From Bacillota bacterium (lineage in GTDB: Bacteria > Bacillota > SHA-98 > UBA4971), in assembly GCA_012842395.1 (NCBI GenBank), contig DUSX01000029.1:109-64108 (forward strand): 64,000 nt of DNA, given 5' to 3'. The first letter of the stretch is position 1, and each line of letters starts with the position of its first letter. Both the position numbers and the translations under genes were made by a program. Shown piece by piece: positions 41,388 to 50,267 of this stretch. The notes under the pieces are model-generated. The model made no database searches and had not been told where the DNA came from. It saw nothing but the letters and a program-made list of their open reading frames with translations.

Positions 41388-42353
41388 ATGAAAACCGTTG
41401 TAGCGCTGGGGGCTGCTGCCATCGATATGATGATCAAAGTGGATCGGCTTCCGGGGCCTGACGAGATGGTGTTCGCTGAGGATGGCCCGCATTTCCTACC
41501 AGGCGGTTCAACGGCGAACATCGCGGTGGGGCTGGCTCGTTTGGGAGTATCGTCGCGGTTCGTAGGGAAGGTCGGGCCTGATGATAACGGGCAGCGACTC
41601 CTCGAGGCATTCAGGCAGGACGACGTGGACACATCGTTCGTGCTTGTGGATGACCAGGGAAGAACCGCGGAAACCATCATTGCCGTTGATCGCCACGGTG
41701 CGCGGGTCATTTTCTCACTGGGCGGGACGGCTATCCTTGAGAAGCCGGATGAGTTTCGGGCGGAAGCGCTCGCGGGCGCACAGGTCCTCTACGTGGGTGA
41801 GGCGATACCATCCGTCGGGGTGAGGGCGATGAGAGCGGCAAGAGACGTCGGAGCCCTCGTGGTTTACGGCCCGGGCGGGGCCTTCTCCGGTCTCGGGATG
41901 GGCACGCTCGGCGAGATGATTGCCCTCGCCGACTATCTAGTGCTCAGCCGAGGGGAGGCGCGTTTGCTGACTGGAAAGGACGATCTCGATGCAGCGGTTG
42001 GAAGCCTCATGGCTGAAGGCGCGAGACGTGTCGTGGTGACTCAAGGAGACCGCGGGGCGAGTCTGTTTGAGCGAGAGACGGGGGCACCTTCGGCAACGAT
42101 GGCCATTGCGAGACGACACCGGGATGCTTTGAAGGTTCCCGTTGTGGATACCACCGGCGCCGGGGACGCATTCACGGCGGGGTTCATACGCGGTCTTGTG
42201 AGCGGGCTCGACAAAGACCGCTGCCTCGCCCTGGGCAACGCATGCGGAGCGCTGGCGGTGTCAAAGGTGGGAGCAAGGGAGGCCATGCCGACCTGGGACG
42301 AGGTCAGTCCCTACATCGAGTCGCTGGAAAGAGGGGGGTGCTCCCGCGCATGA
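41388..42353 (+). CDS. PfkB/ribokinase family carbohydrate kinase
   Basis: PGGSTANIAVGLARLG, VVDTTGAGDAFTAG. Confidence 0.93.
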   Translation: MKTVVALGAAAIDMMIKVDRLPGPDEMVFAEDGPHFLPGGSTANIAVGLARLGVSSRFVGKVGPDDNGQRLLEAFRQDDVDTSFVLVDDQGRTAETIIAVDRHGARVIFSLGGTAILEKPDEFRAEALAGAQVLYVGEAIPSVGVRAMRAARDVGALVVYGPGGAFSGLGMGTLGEMIALADYLVLSRGEARLLTGKDDLDAAVGSLMAEGARRVVVTQGDRGASLFERETGAPSATMAIARRHRDALKVPVVDTTGAGDAFTAGFIRGLVSGLDKDRCLALGNACGALAVSKVGAREAMPTWDEVSPYIESLERGGCSRA

Positions 42354-43381
42354 GTGACGAGCTCTTGGCGAGGGCTGCAGGCTGCCTTGCAGGAGTGGCA
42401 GTTGGAGATGCAATGGGAATGCCGGTGGAATTCCTGACCAGGGAAGAGATCAAAGCGCGGTTCGGCAGGGTCGACCGGTTTCTCGAGCCCCCGCCAGGCC
42501 ACATCCACATGGGAACACCCCCGGGTCGAGTGACGGACGACACGGAACAGACCTGGGCGCTTGCGAGAGCGCTCGTGGCTTCGGGACGGATCACGCCACG
42601 TGTGGCGGCCGACGCATATCTGGAATGGGCGGACCGCGTGAACGCGTTCGAGACGTCCTTCCTCGGCCCCAGCTCAAGAGGCGCGCTTGAACGCCTGCGT
42701 GCGGGGGAAGACCCGGCGCGCACCGGCGACAAGGGAGCCACCGTGGGGGCGGCTATGCGCGTCGCGCCGATCGGCATCGTCAATGCGGGGGATGCGGAGG
42801 CGGCCGCGTGTGAGGCACACTTCTCATCCCTGCCCACGCACGGTGTGAACATCGCAATAGCAGGTGCCTGCGCTGTGGCGGCGGGCGTGGCGTGTGCAGT
42901 GGCCGGGAGACCGCTCGGGGCTGTCGTGGAGGCTGCCGTGGCTGGTGCGGCGTACGGGCAAGGCTTGGGCGTTCAGTGGGCGGGCGCGACGGTTCCCGCA
43001 CGCATGAGGCTTGCTCTCGACCTTGTCTCGCACAACAAGAGCGAGCCGGAGAGAGCTGAGGAGGCCCTCTACGAGACCGTCGGGGTTGGCATGTACCCCA
43101 CCGAGCTCGTGGCGACCGCCCTAGGCCTCGTGGTGCTTTACGACGGGCGGCCCCACCTTGCGATCCCGGCCGCCGCAAGCATGGGCGGTGACACAGACAC
43201 GCTTGCGGCGATAGTAGGTGCGCTTTCAGGGGCGCTTGGCGGCATTGGTGCCTTGCCAGCCGAGTGGGTGGGGGCGGTGGAGCGAGTAAACGACCTCGAC
43301 TGCGAAGCTCTCGCGTCACAGCTCATTGCGACTCGTGCTCACAGGCTGGAGGCCGGAAGTGTTCGGAGGGACGAATGGTGA
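42350..43381 (+). CDS. ADP-ribosylglycohydrolase family protein (DraG/ARH)
   Basis: GDAMGMPVEF, TDDTEQ, GAAMRVAP, PTHG, GGDTDTLAA motifs intact. Confidence 0.93.
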   Translation: MSDELLARAAGCLAGVAVGDAMGMPVEFLTREEIKARFGRVDRFLEPPPGHIHMGTPPGRVTDDTEQTWALARALVASGRITPRVAADAYLEWADRVNAFETSFLGPSSRGALERLRAGEDPARTGDKGATVGAAMRVAPIGIVNAGDAEAAACEAHFSSLPTHGVNIAIAGACAVAAGVACAVAGRPLGAVVEAAVAGAAYGQGLGVQWAGATVPARMRLALDLVSHNKSEPERAEEALYETVGVGMYPTELVATALGLVVLYDGRPHLAIPAAASMGGDTDTLAAIVGALSGALGGIGALPAEWVGAVERVNDLDCEALASQLIATRAHRLEAGSVRRDEW

Positions 43382-44136
43382 CAGGCAAGGAAGTCAGGTT
43401 GCGGAGGATTTTCAGGAGGGGCAGAAGCTTCATAAGCGCCCTTGACTATGGAGGTTTCATGGGGCCTGCCCCGGGGATAGAGGACCCCGGGGCGATCGTG
43501 CGGCAGGTGGTGGACGGCGGGGCCGATGCCATCCTCGTGAACCCCGGCGTCGCCAGGAGCGAGTGGGCGACCTACGCTGGGCGGTGCGGCCTCATAATCC
43601 GGCTCACCGGCGGCGCAACGCGGTACAATCCGAATATGTCCTACCACGCGCTCGTGTGCGGAGTGGAAGAAGCTGTGTCCTTGGGCGCCGACGCGGTGTG
43701 CATCATGGTCCTGGTGGGCGCCCCGGAGGAGCAGCGCATGTTCGAGACCATGGCGGAGGTGATATCGCAGGCGACGAGATATGGGTTGCCTGTGCTCGCC
43801 GAGATCATTCCAGCCGACATGAACATGAGCCATGATCCGGAGTGCATAGCCGTGTGTGCCAGAGTAGGCTACGAGCTTGGCGCGGACTTCGTCAAGACGT
43901 ACTTTACTGGCCAGGGATTCGACAGGATCGTCAGGGCATGTAAGATTCCCATAGTGATCGCCGGCGGGCCTCGGACTTCGGACCCTATCTGCATGGCGAG
44001 GGAAGCGCTCAATGCGGGGGCCGCGGGGATCGCATTTGGCCGCAACGTTTTCGAGGCCGCCGACCCTGAGGCTATGGCGCGCGAGCTTGCGCGCGTGGTC
44101 CATGAAGGCGGGCGAGAGGAAGTGGCTGTGCGGTGA
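43375..44136 (+). CDS. DhnA/LsrF-type class I aldolase
   Basis: GKEVRLRRIF, ALDYG (family usually DHG), GADFVKT Schiff-base Lys, IAGGP, GIAFGRNVF. Confidence 0.88.
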   Translation: MVTGKEVRLRRIFRRGRSFISALDYGGFMGPAPGIEDPGAIVRQVVDGGADAILVNPGVARSEWATYAGRCGLIIRLTGGATRYNPNMSYHALVCGVEEAVSLGADAVCIMVLVGAPEEQRMFETMAEVISQATRYGLPVLAEIIPADMNMSHDPECIAVCARVGYELGADFVKTYFTGQGFDRIVRACKIPIVIAGGPRTSDPICMAREALNAGAAGIAFGRNVFEAADPEAMARELARVVHEGGREEVAVR

Positions 44137-45176
44137 AGGCGGCGGTTTACTACGGCCCGAGGGACGTCCGGGTGGAGAACGTCTCAGAACCTGCTCTCGA
44201 GCCCGGCGAGGCCCTGTTGAAGGTCATGTTCTGTGGAGTCTGCGGAACCGACATAAAGACGTACCTGAGGGGGCACCCAATGTTCGAGCCGCCCTGCATC
44301 CTCGGTCACGAGCCAGTCGGCGAGATCGTCGAGATGCGGCCGGGGAACGACGCGCGCGGGACGGGACGCGTGTCCGTGGGCGACGTCGTGGCCGTCGCGC
44401 CCTACGTTCCGTGCGACAAGTGCCGGCTGTGCCTCAAGGGAAGGCAGGAGATGTGCGCATCGAAGGAGGGGATAGCTGGCGCGTTTTGCGAGTACATCAG
44501 GCTGCCCGGCGAAGTCTTGGCGAAAGGCGCGTGCAAAGTCCCTGGGGGCCTGTCGCCAAGGGCGGCCTGTCTTGCCGAGCCGGTGGCGTGCTGCCTGAAC
44601 GCGGTCGATGCGACATCCTTCGACCCGGGTGACTCCGTGCTCATCAACGGTGCCGGCCCGATGGGCCTCCTCATGCTAGAGCTGTGCAAAATCAGGGGCG
44701 CAGGGGCGATCTTCGTAAGCGAGCCCAGCGAGACGAGACGCCGAGAAGCTGCCCGGCGCGGGGCGCTTGTGATCGATCCCAGGGTCGAGGACGTGCGCAA
44801 CCGGGTGAACGCGGAAACCGGGGGTGACGGGGCGGATGCCGCTTTTGTGTGCGTAGGTGCGGCTGGCGCACTCGAGGACGCCGTGGCATCGGTCCGTCCC
44901 GGTGGCAGAGTCAACCTATTCGGTGGATTCCCTGGCGGGTCCGAGGTACCTCTGGACCCCAACGCGATCCACTACCGCGAGGTAATGCTCCTCGGTAGCT
45001 TCGGCTTTGCCCCGCGTCACTTCCACATGGCGATTCGGCTTCTCGCGTCGGGAAGACTGGACGTTTCAGGCCTCTTGAGCCAGGAGTTCAGCCTCGACGA
45101 CGTCGGGCTTGCCCTGGATACCGGTGCCTCCGGAGAGACGCTGAAGGTGCTCTTGAGGATGGGCGGGGATGAATAG
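44133..45176 (+). CDS. Zn-dependent (MDR) polyol/sugar-alcohol dehydrogenase
   Basis: CGVCGTD, GHE, CDKCRLCLKGRQEMC, GAGPMG. Confidence 0.9.
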   Translation: MKAAVYYGPRDVRVENVSEPALEPGEALLKVMFCGVCGTDIKTYLRGHPMFEPPCILGHEPVGEIVEMRPGNDARGTGRVSVGDVVAVAPYVPCDKCRLCLKGRQEMCASKEGIAGAFCEYIRLPGEVLAKGACKVPGGLSPRAACLAEPVACCLNAVDATSFDPGDSVLINGAGPMGLLMLELCKIRGAGAIFVSEPSETRRREAARRGALVIDPRVEDVRNRVNAETGGDGADAAFVCVGAAGALEDAVASVRPGGRVNLFGGFPGGSEVPLDPNAIHYREVMLLGSFGFAPRHFHMAIRLLASGRLDVSGLLSQEFSLDDVGLALDTGASGETLKVLLRMGGDE

Positions 45177-46755
45177 AAACAGAAACGAGGCATATGTCGG
45201 GATCGATGTCGGGACCTCGTCTGTGAAGGTCGGGCTTCTTGCGGGAGACTCGTACCACGTGGTGACCCGTCCCGCGGGACTCGTAGTGTCACGAGCCGGC
45301 GGTGCCGAGCAGGACGCTCGCGGGCTGTGGGCTACGGTCGCGGGAGCGATCCGGGAGGTAGTGCACGCCGCAGGCGATGACGTGCACGTACGGGCTGTCG
45401 GTCTCTCGGGACACAGCCCCTCCCTGGTCGCGGCCGGGCCTTCTGGAGACCCGCTCACGCCCGTGATCACGTGGATGGATAGAAGGCCGCTTCTCGATGG
45501 GCGCGGAAACCCTGCACCCCTGGACGGCAGCGCCGACTATCGTGCGCAAGGGCCGTCGTTCGAGGCGACCGCGCAGTGGCTCGCAAGCCTTCGTGCGCTC
45601 CAGGCGGAGAGCGGGTGGGTCCTCCTTCAGCCGAAGGACTTCATTGCCCTTCGCCTCACCGGCCGGGCGTGCATCGATTCGTCGTCAGCCTCGTGCTTCT
45701 CCTGGTACGATCCTGCAAGAGGCTGGGATGTCCGTGGCGGACACGACGTCGCCGCCTTCCTGCCCTCGGTCGTTCACCCCTGGGAGGCGTGCGGGACGGT
45801 CACTCATGAGGCCGCCCGCGAAACCGGGCTCCCCGCCGGCATCCCGGTGGCTCCGGGCGGCATAGATGCCGTTATGGAAGCTCTGGGCGCCGGGATCCTC
45901 GGGCCAGGTGCAGCTTGCGACGCCACGGGCACGTCGACGTGCGTGTCGCTGGTCTGTCCGGCTGAAGAAGGTCAGGGCAGCTGCATGTGCCACGTTGCGC
46001 CCGGCAGATTCCTTCGCGTAGCCCCGGTATCATACACCGGGGGCTCGCTTAAGTGGGCCCTATCGGTCCTTTTCCCCGCTGAGGCAAGCGCGACCCACGA
46101 CTGGAGGGAGTTAGTAACCGAGGCCGTTGCGGCGTCACGGCCAGGAGCTTCGGGCCTTCTGTTCATCCCGCACTTGGTGGGCCAACGGAGCCCGAAGGCG
46201 AACCCACATGCTCGAGGCGCATTCGTCGGGCTCGAGCCCAAACACACCAGGGCTGACATGTTGAGGGCGGTACTTGAGGGCTGCTCGTACGCTGTAAGGG
46301 AGAGCCTTGAAGCAATGAGCTGCCACCAGATGACCGCGGAGATGAGGGCGGTGGGTTCCGGGGCGAGGCATGATCCATGGCTCCAGATTAAGGCGGATGT
46401 GCTCGGTATCCCCTATAAGGGGATGTCGATCACAGAGGGGGCCGTGCTCGGGGCCATCGTCCTCGCCGGGCACTGTTGCGGGGATTTCGCGTCGCTCGAG
46501 GAGGCAACCAGGCGTCTTGTCAGCTGGAGGCGGGTTTTCGACCCTTGCGACGACGTGCGCCGCGTCTATGACGTCATGTATGAGGCGTATCGAGAAGCAA
46601 GCATTGGTCTTGAGCGCGCCCAAGAGGTTTTGACGGGCACTCGGACGGACGCTTGCTGGGAGGAAGCGCCCGCTCCCGAGACTGGCCCTGGCCTCCAGGC
46701 GCACGCTCTGATGCGGGACACGGAGGACGAGACATGCCAAGAGACATCAAGCTGA
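45169..46755 (+). CDS. FGGY family carbohydrate kinase
   Basis: GIDVGTSSVK, ITWMDRR, PKDFIALRLTG, GTS, PHLVGQRSP, RAVLEG, QIKADVLG. Confidence 0.92.
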   Translation: MNRNRNEAYVGIDVGTSSVKVGLLAGDSYHVVTRPAGLVVSRAGGAEQDARGLWATVAGAIREVVHAAGDDVHVRAVGLSGHSPSLVAAGPSGDPLTPVITWMDRRPLLDGRGNPAPLDGSADYRAQGPSFEATAQWLASLRALQAESGWVLLQPKDFIALRLTGRACIDSSSASCFSWYDPARGWDVRGGHDVAAFLPSVVHPWEACGTVTHEAARETGLPAGIPVAPGGIDAVMEALGAGILGPGAACDATGTSTCVSLVCPAEEGQGSCMCHVAPGRFLRVAPVSYTGGSLKWALSVLFPAEASATHDWRELVTEAVAASRPGASGLLFIPHLVGQRSPKANPHARGAFVGLEPKHTRADMLRAVLEGCSYAVRESLEAMSCHQMTAEMRAVGSGARHDPWLQIKADVLGIPYKGMSITEGAVLGAIVLAGHCCGDFASLEEATRRLVSWRRVFDPCDDVRRVYDVMYEAYREASIGLERAQEVLTGTRTDACWEEAPAPETGPGLQAHALMRDTEDETCQETSS

Positions 46756-47978
46756 TGACGTTGAGCTTGTTCCTGTGGGGGTGGGGGTACGGCCTTTACG
46801 CCTACGTCTTTCCCCTGTACATACGGTCACTGGGCGCTTCGCCGGGGCAGGTTGGGGTCGTCTACTCCGTCATGATGGTCGCCTTGGCTTTGTCGTACAT
46901 CCCTGGTGGCGTCATCGCGGACAAGTACGAGAGAAAGCGGACGATGATTCTTTCCTGGCTCGTTGGGGTTCCGGCGCCTCTTCTGTACTATTTCGCCCGG
47001 GACTACAAGGTTGTCGCGGCCGCATCGGCGCTTTACTCGTTGTCCATGATAGGCTACCCCGCGATGAACGCGTACGCGGCGGCGAGAGCGCCGGCGGGCA
47101 TGTCTGGCCTCGTGTTCGGCGTCATCAACTCCGGTTATGCAGCGGGAATGATAGCCAGCCCCATATTGGGTGGATGGCTTGCACAGGTAATCGGCACGCG
47201 CAACGTCTTCCTCATCACCTTCGTGTTTTTCCTAGCTTCCGTCGCTGTGCTGTGTTTTGTTGACCAACAAGCGCCAAGTGCTTCCAGCTCTCGTGGTTCA
47301 GCCCATACAGAAGACGCAGCAGCAGGCTACGCAGGTCTTCTGCGGCAAAAGCGATTCGCGAGGTTTGTAGTCACGTACTCGTGCATGGCGGTTGCCTACT
47401 ACATGGTTCAACCTCTCATACCCCAGTACCTTGGAGACGAAATGGGAACGAGCTTCGCGTTCATAGGGCTGACCGGATCCATAATGTCGCTGGGCCAGTC
47501 TGTCATCACGGTCATGCTCGGTCGATGCGCGGATAGGTGGGGTACCGTTGTTGCTCTCGGCGGCAACGCGCTCGTGTTTTCCGCTGCGATGCTGGGTCTC
47601 GTGACGGCACGAAGCCTCGCTTTGCTAGCTGGGGTCCTGTTCCTTGCAGGTGCATTCATGGCCGGACAAGGGGTTGCACTTGCCGGCGTTGGCGAGGTTC
47701 TCGGCGGATCGCCCACGGGGCGTGCCTTCGGGCTTTTCAATCTGGCGGTCGCCGCAAGTTCGATCGTTGGGCCATACGCCGGTGGGGTCTTGTACGAGCG
47801 GTCTCCGGCGGTGCCCTTCCTTGCATGTGCAGCGGCATTCGCGGCGATGTCCCTGGTCTTGCTCTTCTGTGAACCCAGACCGAACCGCGCCGGGGAGGTG
47901 GTTCATGCACGAAGATGTGCGCGTTCGGGCGATTCTCCGTCAATCAACTCTTATCTAGGAGGGACAAGAGATGCGTAA
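46734..47978 (+). CDS. MFS transporter
   Basis: About 12 TM helices, GGVIADKYERK and GRCADRWG motif A repeats. Confidence 0.88.
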   Translation: MPRDIKLMTLSLFLWGWGYGLYAYVFPLYIRSLGASPGQVGVVYSVMMVALALSYIPGGVIADKYERKRTMILSWLVGVPAPLLYYFARDYKVVAAASALYSLSMIGYPAMNAYAAARAPAGMSGLVFGVINSGYAAGMIASPILGGWLAQVIGTRNVFLITFVFFLASVAVLCFVDQQAPSASSSRGSAHTEDAAAGYAGLLRQKRFARFVVTYSCMAVAYYMVQPLIPQYLGDEMGTSFAFIGLTGSIMSLGQSVITVMLGRCADRWGTVVALGGNALVFSAAMLGLVTARSLALLAGVLFLAGAFMAGQGVALAGVGEVLGGSPTGRAFGLFNLAVAASSIVGPYAGGVLYERSPAVPFLACAAAFAAMSLVLLFCEPRPNRAGEVVHARRCARSGDSPSINSYLGGTRDA

Positions 47979-48489
47979 GGGTTTCGTCTGGTTCGTGGTC
48001 ATGTGTCTCGTTGCCGGTATTGCGCCTATTGGTTTCGCTGAGACGCCGAAGCCTGCGGGGAAAGTGGTGCTCACTGTAACGGGGGACATCACGGTCAAGA
48101 ACGCCGACGCCGGGCTTGAGTTCGACATGGCGATGCTTGAGGGCCTCGGCCTCACCAAATGCGAAGTCAAAGACCCGTGGCTTGGCAAGAAGGTTTATGA
48201 GGGCGTCCTCATCAGCACCATACTCCAGTATGCTGGGGCGGTGGACACAGCGGATGAGGTGATCGTCGTGGCGAAGGACGGGAAGAAGGTTTCCGTCAAG
48301 GTTGCCGACGCGATCAAGTATCCGATTATGCTTGCGACGAAAGACGGTGGCAAGGCAATAGGAAGCGGCCTTGGCGGGCCGGTGAAGCTGGTGTTCCCGT
48401 ACGACACGCATCCAGAAGTAGAGAAAATCCACGACAAGAATGACTGGAACTGGTATGTCGTGACCCTAGAGGTGAAAGCGAAGTCATGA
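47971..48489 (+). CDS. Secreted sulfite-oxidase-fold protein (COG3915/PruR-like)
   Basis: Signal peptide; VLTVTGDI...FDMAMLE...DPW...EGV...GPVKLVFPYD...WNWYV pattern. Confidence 0.7.
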   Translation: MRKGFVWFVVMCLVAGIAPIGFAETPKPAGKVVLTVTGDITVKNADAGLEFDMAMLEGLGLTKCEVKDPWLGKKVYEGVLISTILQYAGAVDTADEVIVVAKDGKKVSVKVADAIKYPIMLATKDGGKAIGSGLGGPVKLVFPYDTHPEVEKIHDKNDWNWYVVTLEVKAKS

Positions 48490-49745
48490 CTACCGAATGG
48501 ATTAGGAGAACATACAGGGTCCTCCTCGTCCTTCTGGTCTGCTCGCTGGCGGCCGCCGTGCCCGCGGCCGCCGGCTCCTCCCCGAGCGAGGGGGCCCGCC
48601 CGACGGTGGTCCTGGTCATCCTTGACGGCTGCGCTGCTTACTCATTGGACTTGCTGCCATCCGAGGCATATCTCAGGCAGGCGGCGGCGGAAGGGTTCTA
48701 CCAGCACGTGCGGACCGTGTTCCCGTCTTCCACGGCAGCCGGACATGCGGCCATACTGACCGGCAAGTGGCCCGATGAGAACGGGGTCACAGGCAAACAG
48801 TTCATGGGGAGCGACGGGACGCTGAATGGGTTCAGCTCGCCTCAATTGCTGGAAGCTCCCACAGTGATCGAACGGGCGGCGAAGGCTGGCCTGCGCACAG
48901 CATTCATTTCCGGGAAGGAAGGAGTCAGGTCGCTGTTCGGCGAAGATGCAGACCTCGCGGTGAGCCCGGCGTCAGTGCCATCATGGGTGCTCGAAGAGGT
49001 CGGGCCTCCTCCGGACGAGTCCACGCAATATGAGGACTACTGCGGCTGGTATGAAAAGCTCGACAGATGGGTGATCGATGTAGCGGGTGCTTTCGTGAAA
49101 GAGGCAGGGCCTGGCGCATTCATCGTGCTTAACCTCGCCGGACCGGATAAGGTGGGACACAGGTTTGGGCCCGTTCCTGCGCCTGAGACCACTCAATGCC
49201 TCATCTCAGTAGGAGAGGCTCTCCGCGGTCTGACAGGAGTCCTCGAGGAGGTCGCGAGGGAGGACTGGGCTGTAGTGGTCACCGCAGACCACGGGATGAC
49301 CAGCGTGAGCAAGGCCATTGTGCCGTCAGAGCTGTTCGGAGGCATTGCCGACGATGGCTTGGCATACAGCCTTGACGGAGGTGTCTTGTACGCGTGGCCG
49401 ACGCCGACAACAGAGGAAGCTGTGGTAAGCGCGCTCAAGGGCGCTGAAGGCGTAGCGGAGGTCATCACGACGTCAGACGAAAGACGGGCGCTTCTTCACG
49501 CGTCGCATCCGAGGAGTGCCCCGATCATCGCGATAGCACGCCAAGGTTACATGTTCACTGAGTCCAGCGCGTTCATGGAGTATACGAAGGGCAGCCACGG
49601 AACGCTTCTTGATACAGACGTAATGGTCCCATTAATGGTCTACGGACCCCAGGCGGTCAAGACCGGCATTGGTATCAGCGAGATCGGAGACACAGTGGAG
49701 ATAGCGGGGGTACTCGCCGAGCTCTTGGGCGGCCTGGGGGACTGA
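48486..49745 (+). CDS. Secreted alkaline-phosphatase-superfamily nucleotide pyrophosphatase/phosphodiesterase
   Basis: Signal peptide; VILDG, VFPSSTAAGH (Thr nucleophile), DKVGHRFGP, TADHG, GSHG. Confidence 0.88.
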   Translation: MTTEWIRRTYRVLLVLLVCSLAAAVPAAAGSSPSEGARPTVVLVILDGCAAYSLDLLPSEAYLRQAAAEGFYQHVRTVFPSSTAAGHAAILTGKWPDENGVTGKQFMGSDGTLNGFSSPQLLEAPTVIERAAKAGLRTAFISGKEGVRSLFGEDADLAVSPASVPSWVLEEVGPPPDESTQYEDYCGWYEKLDRWVIDVAGAFVKEAGPGAFIVLNLAGPDKVGHRFGPVPAPETTQCLISVGEALRGLTGVLEEVAREDWAVVVTADHGMTSVSKAIVPSELFGGIADDGLAYSLDGGVLYAWPTPTTEEAVVSALKGAEGVAEVITTSDERRALLHASHPRSAPIIAIARQGYMFTESSAFMEYTKGSHGTLLDTDVMVPLMVYGPQAVKTGIGISEIGDTVEIAGVLAELLGGLGD

Positions 49746-49878
49746 GCACATCGCCAGGAGTGCGCGCTACTCTTGGGCGCGAGGGTCCTGCCTGGGGCTA
49801 TCGGGCTTGCCCTCCGGGGACGGCGTGCTTGTTGCGCGCCTCGTTCGAATCTGACGCGCAAGATAGCCAGATACCCCG
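49742..49878 (+). mobile_element. MITE-like repeat family 1, copy C (3'-truncated); overlaps the TGA stop of the phosphodiesterase gene
   Basis: CTGAGCACATCGCCAGGAGTGCGCGCTAC...TTGCCCTCCGGGGACGGCGTGCTTG...CCTCGTTCGAATCTGAC...GCCAGAT. Confidence 0.72.
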
Positions 49879-49902
49879 CATATCTTCCGGCTTTGCCCGG
49901 CC

Positions 49903-49931
49903 TTGACTTCGGTCCCGGCGTGTGTTACTAT
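49903..49931 (+). promoter_or_regulatory. SigA promoter of tRNA-Ala
   Basis: TTGACT-N17-TACTAT with extended TG. Confidence 0.65.
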
Positions 49932-49976
49932 TCTACGTGCGAGAGATGTGGCACCACATAGCCCATAGGTTTGAGT

Positions 49977-50052
49977 GGGGACGTAGCTCAGTTGGGAGAG
50001 CGCGTGAATCGCACTCACGAGGTCGGGAGTTCGAATCTCCTCGTCTCCACCA
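49977..50052 (+). tRNA. tRNA-Ala(CGC)
   Basis: Cloverleaf GGGGACG...CGTCTCCACCA, anticodon loop ATCGCAC, G3:U70 alanine identity pair, encoded CCA. Confidence 0.97.
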
Positions 50053-50061
50053 GAGGATGTT

Positions 50062-50091
50062 GCGCCAGGCGGATGCCTGGCGTTCTTTTTT
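50062..50091 (+). terminator. Intrinsic terminator after tRNA-Ala
   Basis: GCGCCAGGC-GGAT-GCCTGGCGT followed by TCTTTTTT. Confidence 0.85.
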
Positions 50092-50267
50092 GCTTGTGCC
50101 TCCTCGGGGCGCAATCATCGCGTAGCCCTGACCTATCCATGCCTCATGAAAGCCGACCCCGTCGCCGCAAAGCCTGGCGATCTACCGGGCCTGCCCGGTG
50201 TCGCGGAGACGCCTCTTGGTTGGAACTTAGTTCGGCGCACGCAGCGACTGGCGCCCCCGCGCCTTGC

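Noticed and set aside
37000..50052. 12-gene operon as a tRNA-integrated genomic island
   Set aside because: No integrase, no duplicated tRNA 3' end seen, and the operon lies on the 5' side of tRNA-Ala
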